NCBI GenBank assembly: GCA_963662795.1
Contig: OY759746.1
Span: forward strand, 3,648,001-3,712,000
DNA: 64,000 nt
Reading direction: 5' to 3'
Source: Spirochaetia bacterium
Lineage (GTDB): Bacteria > Spirochaetota > Spirochaetia > CADAEX01
Part shown: positions 30,040 through 40,062 of the stretch, piece by piece
Layout: the number at the start of each line of letters is the position of its first letter
Position numbering within the stretch: the first letter of the stretch is position 1
Made by a program: the position numbers and the translations under genes
Notes under the pieces: model-generated
What the model was told of the DNA's origin: nothing
Databases searched by the model: none
What the model saw: only the letters and a program-made list of their open reading frames with translations

Positions 30040-32511
30040 TCAAACCGGTAAAAATATTTTAACAGATGTATAATCTTTTACTTTACTTTCAATATGTAAA
30101 AAACCATTCATCTGTTTTACATAATTATTAACCAGAGACAGGCCCATTCCTCTTCCTATTCCCCTGGTGGAAAAGTAGGGATCAGTAAGGAGCTCCAGGT
30201 TTTCAGAAGGAATCCCCTCCCCTGTATCATTGATTTCAATCAAGATGTAATTACAATCATTTAAATCATATCTTGCGTTTAAATGAAAAACACTGTTCAA
30301 AGGAATATTCTGTGTTTTGATAGATATCTGACCTTCATATTGTATCGCTTCGAGTGAATTTTTGTATAGTTCAATAATTGAATCACAAAAAATTTCTTTT
30401 GCAGAATTGATCAGCCAGATGCCTGAAGAAAATAAAAAATCTGTTTTTATCCTGATTGAGTGCCTCAGCTGGTATTCAGATATTGTATTTTTAATCATTT
30501 CATTTACATTAATCAGTTCACCGGCAGCGCTTGAATATTTGCCCATCGTATTTATCAATTTTTCAATATTTATTGAAGCCTTCCTTGTTTCACCAATTAT
30601 TTTACTGGACAACATAAGGACATCTGAACTTTCCCGCTCTTTCATTGACAATATTTCAGTTAAACCCATTATTTTCATCAGGGAATTATTAAAATCATGC
30701 GCAACTCCTGATATAAGGTAATTTATTGCCTGGCTTTTAATATGTTCACGTTCAGCTTTTATTACAGCACTTTCAACAGTAATATCCCTTATAATACAGA
30801 TCATGTTGGTTAGTTTTTTATTGATGTCATTTACAGGTACAATTCTTATAAACCCAGTATATGTATCATTGTTTTTTTTGGTTATTGTTATATTTTCTTC
30901 CCAGCCGTTTTTTACCGTTTCATCCTTTTTTATAATTGATGAGATATCACCTTTGTCGATACTATTAATAACTATATTTATGTTTTTCTTTTCAAGTTCA
31001 TCCCTGCTATACGCATTAAAATTACAAAATGTATCATTACAGTATTCTATATTACCTTCAGTATCAGTAATGACAATCATTTCCTTGAGCAATCCAAGCA
31101 TCATATTTAATTTTTTTAATTCGTTACCGGTTTCAACCCATCCAGTAACATCTCTGATATAAAAATTAAACAGCTCTGTTTTTTTATTTTTCTCATTCAC
31201 AATCGGCTGTATTTCAATATCACTCCATCCACCTTGACACTCTGTTACTATAGAATACTTCTCTTTCATCTCCGCAGCTTTTATCATACCTTCAAGTCTT
31301 CTTGCAAATTCTTCTTCTGATAAAAAATCCTTAAGATTTGCTTTTTTATTTTTTGATATTTTCAGATTAAACCGTTTTTCGGCGGCCTTGTTTGCCTCCT
31401 GAATTTCACCGTTGATGCGTACTTTAATGATCATTAAATCTGTTTTTGAAGTTATAAGACTATTTTCTTCATATAACTTTTTAAGATTTTTTCGAATGAT
31501 AACAATACGTGTAAAAAGAAATAATAATATCACAATCGTGAAAAAAAGAATTAGATTATACAATATGTGCTGATGAATAGATTCAACAAATGAAACTTTT
31601 CCGTAATTTTCATATGGCCCATATCTTAATTCTTTCATGCAGTCTTTCACACTTTCATAATTCTCAGGTATAGTCCATAAAATATTATAATTAAGCCTTC
31701 CCGCCGTATCAGAATCTCTAACAAGCAGCTCTTTCATAATATGCAGTGCCAGAGTTTTTGATCTAAAACTGACCATTGCAAGCGGCCATTCAGGATAATG
31801 TGCTGTTGAATGAATAAATGGTAAATTTTCATTATTATGAGCTATTCCCCCTATATTTTTCACCTGCTGTTTTGTAATTAATTTTCTGGAAATCATATTT
31901 TCGACTGTTCCCGATCTTACAATACCGGCGTCATATTTGCCATCTAAAACTGCACTTACAACTTCTTCATGGGATCCTAAAAAAACAAGAGATTTAAAAC
32001 TATCAGGAATATCAAGCCCGTTATTCTTCAGTTCTCTTGCTGCCATAAGCCAGCCGCCCAGAGAATTAGTTTCAACTGCTGCAATTCTGGAATTTTTTAA
32101 ATCTTTACAACTATTGATTTTACTGTTGCCGGAAGCTGTAAATATGAGACTTGAAAAAAAAGAGAAATTTCCGTATTCATACTGCCTGTCTAAAGTCAGG
32201 ATCCTCCTGATGTCGTAATTCAACTCAAGTTCTACATAAATAAGAGGATTGCATATTATAAAATCAACATTTGTGGATTCTGCAGTTTTAATTATTTCAT
32301 CATATCCAAGAGGAAGTATTTCAAAAGTATACCGATCTATTCTTGCGGAAAGATAATCAGCGAGAGGATCCCATTCCCCATGGCATTGCTCAATGCCATT
32401 ATTCGCAAGGACTCCTATTTTTATATTGATATCATTGCCATATGCACAATTAAGAAATAATAAAAAATTAATGAGTATAAAATATTTTCCTTTGATCTTT
32501 TTAATTTCCAT
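30040..32511 (-). CDS. Sensor histidine kinase with a PhnD-like periplasmic binding domain and PAS domains
   Basis: SLGGWL, GSHEEVV, DAGIVRSG, YPEWP (phosphonate-binding-like domain); TM; two PAS; AHDFNN, DTGEGI, GRGMGL. Confidence 0.85.
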   Translation of the reverse strand: MEIKKIKGKYFILINFLLFLNCAYGNDINIKIGVLANNGIEQCHGEWDPLADYLSARIDRYTFEILPLGYDEIIKTAESTNVDFIICNPLIYVELELNYDIRRILTLDRQYEYGNFSFFSSLIFTASGNSKINSCKDLKNSRIAAVETNSLGGWLMAARELKNNGLDIPDSFKSLVFLGSHEEVVSAVLDGKYDAGIVRSGTVENMISRKLITKQQVKNIGGIAHNNENLPFIHSTAHYPEWPLAMVSFRSKTLALHIMKELLVRDSDTAGRLNYNILWTIPENYESVKDCMKELRYGPYENYGKVSFVESIHQHILYNLILFFTIVILLFLFTRIVIIRKNLKKLYEENSLITSKTDLMIIKVRINGEIQEANKAAEKRFNLKISKNKKANLKDFLSEEEFARRLEGMIKAAEMKEKYSIVTECQGGWSDIEIQPIVNEKNKKTELFNFYIRDVTGWVETGNELKKLNMMLGLLKEMIVITDTEGNIEYCNDTFCNFNAYSRDELEKKNINIVINSIDKGDISSIIKKDETVKNGWEENITITKKNNDTYTGFIRIVPVNDINKKLTNMICIIRDITVESAVIKAEREHIKSQAINYLISGVAHDFNNSLMKIMGLTEILSMKERESSDVLMLSSKIIGETRKASINIEKLINTMGKYSSAAGELINVNEMIKNTISEYQLRHSIRIKTDFLFSSGIWLINSAKEIFCDSIIELYKNSLEAIQYEGQISIKTQNIPLNSVFHLNARYDLNDCNYILIEINDTGEGIPSENLELLTDPYFSTRGIGRGMGLSLVNNYVKQMNGFLHIESKVKDYTSVKIFLPV

Positions 32512-32535
32512 TTTTTTAAGTAAAAAACAGTTAAA

Positions 32536-32880
32536 TTATTTTAAAAAATGCAGTATCTTGGATATTTCAAACGGTTTTTTTAGCAGCGACAGTGCTCCTG
32601 AATCCATAGCTGCTTTGGCAAGAGGATCAAGTGGAAAAGCTGTAATAATTAATATTTTCGCATCAGGCTTTTCCTTCAATATTATTTCGGTAACTTTTGC
32701 TCCGTCTCTTTCAGGCATTCTCAGATCAGTGATAATAAGATCGTATTTTTCATCAAGAGCCTTCTGAGTACCTTCTATAGAGCTGCTGCAGCCTGTTACT
32801 TCGTGTCCCATATCGGCAAGGATTGTTGATACAGCTTCGACAATTATTTCTTCATCATCAATGATTAAAACCCTGCTCAT
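32536..32880 (-). CDS. Single-domain response regulator
   Basis: IIDDE, ITDLRMP, KKPF. Confidence 0.9.
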   Translation of the reverse strand: MSRVLIIDDEEIIVEAVSTILADMGHEVTGCSSSIEGTQKALDEKYDLIITDLRMPERDGAKVTEIILKEKPDAKILIITAFPLDPLAKAAMDSGALSLLKKPFEISKILHFLK

Positions 32881-33004
32881 TTACTGCTCCTGAAATAAAG
32901 AATGGAATATTATATACTATTTTTCTGAACAATGTATATAAATTTATTTGTATTTATATCTTCCTGATATATGGATTCCGGGACATTATTAACACTCACC
33001 CTTT

Positions 33005-33624
33005 TTATGCAATTAAACATGACACAATCTGCTTAGTTTTAGCAATATCCTTTATGCATAATCCGTTCCCAGAGTATTTTCCAGCTTCTGATGATCAAGA
33101 AAGATTCTTCCTCCCATAATTATGACAGGAGTTTCTTTTAGACAATTTCTGCGGAGTTATTTTCTGATATAATTGCGAAATGTCACACTTTATGCCAGAT
33201 GCTCGCGCATTACAGTAATTTCATTTTTCTCCACATCAGACCGAATCCTGGTCATCGCCGGCTGATTTACTTTGATACAGAAGGCTGAAAGATCGTTGCT
33301 TGCAGAAACTGAGTTTAATGCAAGTTCTGAAGCGGAAAAGTCGTCTGCCTGTATCAGAAAGGGAAGATACCTTTCTTCAAGTTTTTTCATCCATGCAGGT
33401 ATTTCAGAAATTTTAATTTCAGTTAAACGAATAATCTCAGGATATTGTCATCCTCTTTTGTCATCCACTTGCAGACACTTATTATTTCTTTTTCCCTGAT
33501 GCTCCTATAAACATTTCCACAGTTCTATCCGCAATTTCATGACCTTAGTAAAAATATCTTTTCTGAAATTCCTTGCTGTATATCTCCGAAAAACCCAGGG
33601 AATAGTTTTTGCCAATAGCTGGAA
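33005..33624 (-). pseudogene. Decayed cobalamin-binding protein (B12 cap plus Rossmann remnant)
   Basis: Minus-strand fragments FQLLAKTIPWVFRRY, QPAMTRI[G-L-M-W across a frameshift]EKNEITVMREHLA, and TPVIIMGGRIF...LGTDYA, broken by stops and an internal deletion. Confidence 0.65.
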
Positions 33625-34035
33625 TCAATTATTGAACCGTATTTCTATTTTTTTGATCATTTCAATTAAATCATTTATCATAAATGGTTTATTAAAAAAA
33701 TAAAGTGGCTGGTATTCAGCATAAGCAGATTTTTGAAAATTATAATCACCGCTTATCAGTAAAACAGGAATATTCTTATTTTCCTTTCTTATTTCCCTTA
33801 AAACATCGATTCCGCTGATACCGGTGAGATTCACATCCAGTATAACCAGGTCCGCATTCTTTTTTTTACTGAAGTATTCCAAAAATATTTTCCCGGATTT
33901 AAACTGGACTACATTATATTTTCTATTTTCAAGGAGAATCTTACAACTTTCACGGATTGCATCCTCATCATCAACAAGAAACAATGATCGAATTATATTT
34001 TTACTTGAATCAATAATTTCCCTATTTACACTCAA
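33625..34035 (-). CDS. Single-domain response regulator
   Basis: LVDDE, ILDVNL, ISG, NKPF. Confidence 0.85.
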   Translation of the reverse strand: MSVNREIIDSSKNIIRSLFLVDDEDAIRESCKILLENRKYNVVQFKSGKIFLEYFSKKKNADLVILDVNLTGISGIDVLREIRKENKNIPVLLISGDYNFQKSAYAEYQPLYFFNKPFMINDLIEMIKKIEIRFNN

Positions 34036-34258
34036 CTTAACTTCTCCCCGAAAATGAAATATGAATTTAATTTTTTAATAACCAGTTTATGGGAATCATC
34101 AATATTTTCAGCCATTTTAATCTTTTAAATACCTTAATGGAATTTACGATGTAGGTATTATTACCCTAAACATGTTAACAATTGTAAATTAAAGTATAAT
34201 ACGTATATCCTTATTTGTTTATATTATATAAGTATAATGTTGTTAAATGAAATATTAC

Positions 34259-34891
34259 TTATTCAATCAGATTGTGCTGGATAGCATACTGTATCATTTC
34301 TGCCGTTGATTTCAATTCCATTTTCTCAATTATTCTGCTCCGGTAGGTTCTTACAGTATTTTCGCTTATATTTAAGGCTTCTGATATATTTCTTGAAGAT
34401 TTTCCTTCGCCTATCAGACAAAGTATCTGAAACTCCCTGTCAGAAAGTTTTTCATGAGGGTTTTTAATGCTTCCCCCCCCTATTGAACGGGCAAGATGCT
34501 CTGCCAGAGAAGACGATACATATATACCTCCGGTACTTATTTTCCTTATTGCTTCCAGTATTTCCCGGGAATTCGTACCTTTTGTTACATAACCGGATGC
34601 TCCGTCTTTGATTGCTCTTAAAGCATAATCTTCTTCGGCGTGCATACTTAAGACAAGTACTGATATTCCAGGTTTTTTTATTTTTATATCTTTAAGAACA
34701 TCAAGTCCGTTTTTCCCGGAAAGAGAAATATCCAGTACAATAATATCTATTTTCTCGTTTTCGATTATCGTGAAAAGTTCTTCACTGGATGCCGTACCTG
34801 CTGTAAACTGCATATCTTTCTGTGTAGTAATAAGCCGTTTAAAACCATCCCGTAATAATTCATGGTCATCGACAATAACAATTCGTATCAT
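34259..34891 (-). CDS. NarL/FixJ-family response regulator (REC plus LuxR HTH)
   Basis: VDDHELLR, LSMH, GASGYVTK, LSDREFQ, TVRTYRSRI. Confidence 0.93.
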   Translation of the reverse strand: MIRIVIVDDHELLRDGFKRLITTQKDMQFTAGTASSEELFTIIENEKIDIIVLDISLSGKNGLDVLKDIKIKKPGISVLVLSMHAEEDYALRAIKDGASGYVTKGTNSREILEAIRKISTGGIYVSSSLAEHLARSIGGGSIKNPHEKLSDREFQILCLIGEGKSSRNISEALNISENTVRTYRSRIIEKMELKSTAEMIQYAIQHNLIE

Positions 34892-36849
34892 TCGTTTCCC
34901 TTTATTGGAATAACAGCCTTGACAGTAGTTCCGGTATTATCGCTGCTGATAATTTCAATACTTCCATTACAGTATATAGCCCGCTCATGTATATTCAAAA
35001 GTCCGAAGCCCTTATTTTTCTTGGATGAGACAGAAAAACCTTTGCCGTAATCTTTCACAATAATAACAAGATTATCATCTTTTTCATAAAAATCTACTTC
35101 AACTTTATTTGTTTGCGCATGTCTTATAATATTTGTCAATGCTTCCTGAAAAATTCTGTATACTGCCAGTTTTTTTTCCTCTTTCAAACTTATATTTTTA
35201 ATCTGGATATTTGAGACAACTTCAGCATGTGATTGAATTGTGAAATTTTTTATCAGCAGATTTAGCGAGTTTAAAAAATCTGAAGAATCAAGAATTGATG
35301 GACGCAGATTATGTGTAAGTTTTCTTGTTTTTTCAACAGAAGAATCAATCTGTTCCCTGAATTCCCTGGTAAGATCAATAATATCCTTGTCCGATATGTT
35401 TTTTTTACTGATTTCTTCTTCAAAAAGCGTTAATAACATTTCAAGGCAGGTTAAAGACTGTCCCAGGTCATCATGTATTTCCCTGGCAATGTATTTATTC
35501 TGATCCTCTCTTGCATTCTGCAAGTGATGAGATAATTCACGAAGCTGTCTGGAGCTCTCTTCAAGCCGCAATTCATTATTTTTCTGTATAGTTACATCCT
35601 GCAGGGCGCCCCTTACAATTATACATTTTCCATTTTTCACTACCGGTTCACCGTATATTCTGACCCATTTAAGTTTTTGATCTGATGAATATATCTGCAA
35701 AAGAAGATCAAAATTATCCCCATTTTGAATGGACTTCCTATAGATATTTTTAAAACCAATCATGTCCTCATTATTATAATAATCCAGTGTATCAGCAATT
35801 GACACTTGTGAAGAAGGAATAATTCCAAGTATATCTTTAATACTATCGGTCCATATAATGTTTTTCTGCTCCAGATCAGATTCCCAGCCCGCAATTCCGG
35901 CCAAATGTCCTGTCTGATTAAGAAGAGTATCTTTTTTTTCTGCTATTTTTTCAGCTTTATTACGTCCTGAAATTTCTTTTTCAAGCGCCTTATTTTTTTT
36001 AATTATTTCCTTTTCATATTTTTTTAAAAGTGAAATATCTGTATGAGTTCCAACAATTCTCACTGCTTTATTGCTTTCATCAAAATAGACATTTGCCCTG
36101 GCAAGAATATCAACCCAGTGCCCGTCCTTATGCTTCATTTTAAATTCCACTACAAATCTGTCGCGCTTTCTGTTTATCAATTCCTGGTGGATTTTCCAGG
36201 ATTTTTCAACATCTTTTTTTTCTGTAAGGTTTTCCCAGACAGAAAAATCATTCGGCAGTTCATCGTTTTTATAACCAAGCATTTTTTTCCAGCCGGGAGA
36301 ATAATAGATTTCATTGGTAATCAGGTTCCAGTCGAATAGTCCGTCTCTTGTTGCATCCATGGCGCGGTTGAACCTGAGTTCGCTTTCTTTCAGTTTTTCT
36401 ATACTGTTTTCCCTTACAGTTACATCATTAAATACAGCTACAATCAAATCATTCGATATTCTAAAGACAGTATTCTCAAAATAGTTTGAAAAATTGCTGT
36501 CTATATATTTTTTAACAGGGTATGTTTTTGATTTGCCGGTTTTCCAGACCTTCCTGAAAACATTTACAAGTCCGTATTCATCAACGGTCGGACGGATATC
36601 TTTTAAACTTTTACCTTTTAAATCATTTAAACTTTTATTATTTAAATCATTTGAAGCAAGTTTTTCATATTCAAGTGCCGTTCTGTTGAAATCCTGAATA
36701 ATATAATCACTTCCTGATTTGCCGTCATTTATAACCTTATATATTGCTATACCGCTCGGACTGTTATCAAAAAGCAGTCTGAAATTATTATATAAATCGC
36801 CATCGGATTTAATAAGCCAATCGGGGGGTGTTTTATCTGTTTTTTCCAT
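34888..36849 (-). CDS. Cytoplasmic PAS sensor kinase, HisKA_3 (NarX/UhpB type)
   Basis: Three PAS/PAC domains, IAREIHDDLGQSL, QEALTNIIRHA, DYGKGF, GFGLLNIHER. Confidence 0.92.
   Translation of the reverse strand: MEKTDKTPPDWLIKSDGDLYNNFRLLFDNSPSGIAIYKVINDGKSGSDYIIQDFNRTALEYEKLASNDLNNKSLNDLKGKSLKDIRPTVDEYGLVNVFRKVWKTGKSKTYPVKKYIDSNFSNYFENTVFRISNDLIVAVFNDVTVRENSIEKLKESELRFNRAMDATRDGLFDWNLITNEIYYSPGWKKMLGYKNDELPNDFSVWENLTEKKDVEKSWKIHQELINRKRDRFVVEFKMKHKDGHWVDILARANVYFDESNKAVRIVGTHTDISLLKKYEKEIIKKNKALEKEISGRNKAEKIAEKKDTLLNQTGHLAGIAGWESDLEQKNIIWTDSIKDILGIIPSSQVSIADTLDYYNNEDMIGFKNIYRKSIQNGDNFDLLLQIYSSDQKLKWVRIYGEPVVKNGKCIIVRGALQDVTIQKNNELRLEESSRQLRELSHHLQNAREDQNKYIAREIHDDLGQSLTCLEMLLTLFEEEISKKNISDKDIIDLTREFREQIDSSVEKTRKLTHNLRPSILDSSDFLNSLNLLIKNFTIQSHAEVVSNIQIKNISLKEEKKLAVYRIFQEALTNIIRHAQTNKVEVDFYEKDDNLVIIVKDYGKGFSVSSKKNKGFGLLNIHERAIYCNGSIEIISSDNTGTTVKAVIPIKGNE
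36602..36649. repeat. 24-bp in-frame tandem duplication
   Basis: TTTAAACTTTTACCTTTTAAATCA / TTTAAACTTTTATTATTTAAATCA (21/24 identical), encoding part of NDLNNKSLNDLKGKSL. Confidence 0.8.
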
Positions 36850-36918
36850 GTATATTCCTGATCCAGTATTATTAAGAATAAAATTTATAATTCAGGTTGT
36901 CAGAAACCAGTCTACTAA

Positions 36919-38661
36919 CTAAGTATCGGCGACTTCGAACGGAATGTCCAAATAAAATTTTGTATATTCACCCTGTCTGCTTTCAAAAGTTAATGACCCG
37001 TTATGTTTTTTTACTAAGCCATGGCTTATTGAAAGGCCTAGCCCGGTTCCCTTTGTCCTGTTTTTAGTGGTATAAAACGGGTCGAGAATAAAATCCTTAA
37101 TATTTTCAGGTATTCCCATCCCCCTGTCTTCGACAGTAATTCTCGCATATTTCTTTTCATTCAATTCTATTTCCGATACAGAAATTATTATAATTTTTTC
37201 AGCATTATACCCGGGATATTTTTCATTAAGCGAATCACGCGCATTTGTAAGCAGATTCATAAGAACCTGTTGAATTTCACTGCTTTTACAGTAGACATCA
37301 GGGAATTTATCAGGTATTTCAATCTTAAGATGTATCTGATCATGCCGGAAAATTGTAATTAAAAGCGAATCCACATATTTTATCAATTCTGATAACGGAG
37401 TTAATTTTTTACCGGACTGATTATCGCTTCTTGCGAACTGAAGAAGATTTTTAACTATTACAGATACTCTTTTTGTCTCTTCAATAATTGCCTCTGCATA
37501 TTCCTTGACTGCAGATTCACAAATATCGAGATCAATTATCAGCTGGGCATAATTTAATATCCCGTTTATCGGATTATTGATTTCATGAGCAACACCGCTG
37601 GCAAGAATGCCGATGGATTCAAGCTTCTGCTGCTGAATCATGCGGGCTTCAATCTCTCTCTTCGCAAGAATCGCTTTTTCTTTTTCCTTTATTTGTGTCT
37701 GAAGTGCCTCAGTCCTTACCGCAACCAAATCCTCAAGGTGATTCCTGTATCTTGCAAGTTCGGCTTCAATTTTTTTTCTGCCAGTGATATTTCTTATAAC
37801 TCCAACAGTAGCAAGAAAAACTTTTTTCTTTTGAGCGCCCAAAACTCCATGGATACCGGAACTGTTGACCTCTGCATTAATAAAATCATCATTGAGGTTA
37901 TTGATAATCCCCTCTTGCCTGTATTTCATCTTTTTCGTAAGAAGTCTCACTTCAAGTTCCACAGTTTTTCTGTTATCCGATCTTCTTTCATCGAATAGTT
38001 TAGGAGCTCCTTTATCTCCTGTTTTTTTACCTTCATATTCAGGCAGAACATATTCACGACTGACCTGTCTGATATCATCCGGATGAATAATTTTACTGAA
38101 GTGGGATCCTATCAATTCGGCAGGATCATAACCGAGGTTTTCTACAGCCTGATTGATAAATGTAAAAATGCCTTTTTCATTAATCCTGTACACAATATCG
38201 GGAACTGTACGGACCAGACTGCGGAATCCCTCTTCAGAGGCTGCAAGAAGTTCAACTTTTTCACTAAGTTCTCTGTTTATCCTGTTCAAATCCAGAAAGA
38301 CATTAACTTTTGACAAAAGATGTTCAGGACTGTATGGTTTGACAAGATAATCAACTGCGCCGGTTTTATAGCCTTTAAAAATATGGGAATCATCCGTAAA
38401 GACTGCGGACATGAAAATAATCGGCATATTATGTGAATCAGGGTCTCCCCTAAGAAGATCGGCAAGTTCATATCCATCCATTCCCGGCATTTGAATATCA
38501 AGAATGGCAAGAGCAAAAACATTGTCGACAGCAAGCCTGAGCGCTTCTTCCCCGTTTAATGCACTTAACACAACAGCATTAACTTTCCTCAATACCCTTT
38601 CCAGCGCCACAATATTTTCTTTTCTGTCATCAACAATAAGTATTTTCTGTTTAATATCCAT
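36919..38661 (-). CDS. REC-PAS-histidine kinase (NtrB-type)
   Basis: VDDRKEN, ILDIQMP, PAS, GVAHEINNP, NLLTNARD, GTGLGL. Start moved to MDIKQK. Confidence 0.92.
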   Translation of the reverse strand: MDIKQKILIVDDRKENIVALERVLRKVNAVVLSALNGEEALRLAVDNVFALAILDIQMPGMDGYELADLLRGDPDSHNMPIIFMSAVFTDDSHIFKGYKTGAVDYLVKPYSPEHLLSKVNVFLDLNRINRELSEKVELLAASEEGFRSLVRTVPDIVYRINEKGIFTFINQAVENLGYDPAELIGSHFSKIIHPDDIRQVSREYVLPEYEGKKTGDKGAPKLFDERRSDNRKTVELEVRLLTKKMKYRQEGIINNLNDDFINAEVNSSGIHGVLGAQKKKVFLATVGVIRNITGRKKIEAELARYRNHLEDLVAVRTEALQTQIKEKEKAILAKREIEARMIQQQKLESIGILASGVAHEINNPINGILNYAQLIIDLDICESAVKEYAEAIIEETKRVSVIVKNLLQFARSDNQSGKKLTPLSELIKYVDSLLITIFRHDQIHLKIEIPDKFPDVYCKSSEIQQVLMNLLTNARDSLNEKYPGYNAEKIIIISVSEIELNEKKYARITVEDRGMGIPENIKDFILDPFYTTKNRTKGTGLGLSISHGLVKKHNGSLTFESRQGEYTKFYLDIPFEVADT

Positions 38662-39238
38662 CACATTCTCCTGAGATTCTGCAAAGCAGCGAAGAAATTT
38701 CTTCAATTTCCAGAATATAGTCTATTACTGTATTCCTGATTGCCGCCAAAGGCATTTCCCTGCTGTAGGCAGTATCAGGCGACTGAACTACTGCAAGACC
38801 TCCTGCCTGCTTTATTTTTTTCAGCCCTTCAGCGCCGTCATTATTTGCGCCTGATAATATTATTCCTATTACAGCCGGACCGTAAGCATATACAGCACTT
38901 TCAAAAAGGACGTCAATGGATGGCCGTGAAAAGTTAACTTTATCATCAACCGAAAGGGATATTGTATTATCATGTTCAACAAGAAGGTGATAATCGGGCG
39001 GCGCGATATAGATAATACCCGGCTTCAGCTGTTCCCTGTTTTCGGCTTCTTTTACCCTGATATCAACCTTTTCATCGAGAAGCTTTGCAAAAATATCGCT
39101 TTCAGCATGTGCAAGATGCTGGACAACAGCAACGGGTAATTTAAAATTCACAGGCAGCCCGGAAAAGAGTTTATAAAGAGCATCCAATCCTCCTGCAGAT
39201 GAACCTACAACAACTATTTCGTACATATAATGATTCAT
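38651..39238 (-). CDS. cheB: Stand-alone CheB methylesterase (no REC domain)
   Basis: Catalytic S/H/D motifs GSSAGG, VVQH, GANNDGAEG; RPSIDVLF. Confidence 0.92.
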   Translation of the reverse strand: MNHYMYEIVVVGSSAGGLDALYKLFSGLPVNFKLPVAVVQHLAHAESDIFAKLLDEKVDIRVKEAENREQLKPGIIYIAPPDYHLLVEHDNTISLSVDDKVNFSRPSIDVLFESAVYAYGPAVIGIILSGANNDGAEGLKKIKQAGGLAVVQSPDTAYSREMPLAAIRNTVIDYILEIEEISSLLCRISGECDGY

Positions 39239-40062
39239 AATACTGTTTTTTTGTATATCTGCATTTTCCGGTCAATCAGATTATAAGAATTTTCAACATG
39301 AGTGAATGATATTGATTCTTTTGTCCCGAGACACAGATAACCGTTATGTACAAGACTGTGAGTGAATAATTCAAGGACACGGTTCTGAAGATCATTATTG
39401 AAATAGATTAATACATTTCTGCACAATATCAGATTCATTTCTCCGAATACCTTGTCACATACAAGATTATGATTTGCAAATGTAATATTTTTTTTTAATG
39501 ACTGATCTATTATTACTGAATCATATCCAGCATTGTAATAATCAGAAAATTCATTATGTCCGCCTGAATTGATATAGTTCTGTGTATAAGACTTCATGTC
39601 CCTGAGATGATAAATACCGTTTTTTGCTTTTTCAAGTGCCGTATCGTTAAAATCAGTGCCGTATATTTTAGTTTTTTCATAAAGCCCCTCTTCCTTTAAA
39701 AGAATCGCAATTGAATATACTTCCTCCCCTGTCGCACAGCCGGCTATCCAGATTTTAATATGGGGATAGCTCCTCAATTCAGGAATAACAATTCTGCGCA
39801 GCCCGGCATAAACAAATGGATCCCGGAACATTTCAGTAACAGGAATTGAAAGATACTGGACAAAATCAGACAGTAAATCCTGATTATGGAGTATTTCAGG
39901 GATGACATAAGCAATGGAATTATAGCTTTTATTTGCTATAAACTGATTCACCCTCCGCATTATTGACGCTTTCGAATATGATCTGAAATCATACCCATAT
40001 CTTTTATTCAACGCATCAAGGAGGAGGTCAAGTTCCAGCTTCTCGAGTTCATTGGTATTCAT
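39235..40062 (-). CDS. cheR: CheR-type protein-glutamate O-methyltransferase
   Basis: VTEMFRDP, IWIAGCATGEEVYS, LCRNVLIYF. Confidence 0.93.
   Translation of the reverse strand: MNTNELEKLELDLLLDALNKRYGYDFRSYSKASIMRRVNQFIANKSYNSIAYVIPEILHNQDLLSDFVQYLSIPVTEMFRDPFVYAGLRRIVIPELRSYPHIKIWIAGCATGEEVYSIAILLKEEGLYEKTKIYGTDFNDTALEKAKNGIYHLRDMKSYTQNYINSGGHNEFSDYYNAGYDSVIIDQSLKKNITFANHNLVCDKVFGEMNLILCRNVLIYFNNDLQNRVLELFTHSLVHNGYLCLGTKESISFTHVENSYNLIDRKMQIYKKTVL

Noticed and set aside
33444-33467. TGTCAT direct repeat as a Pho box
   Set aside because: The spacing is 13 bp rather than 11, and it lies inside a pseudogene remnant.
33625-33627. Selenocysteine or readthrough at the REC gene TGA
   Set aside because: The position does not correspond to a Cys, no SECIS-like hairpin is evident, and the downstream frame stops again after ~39 codons.
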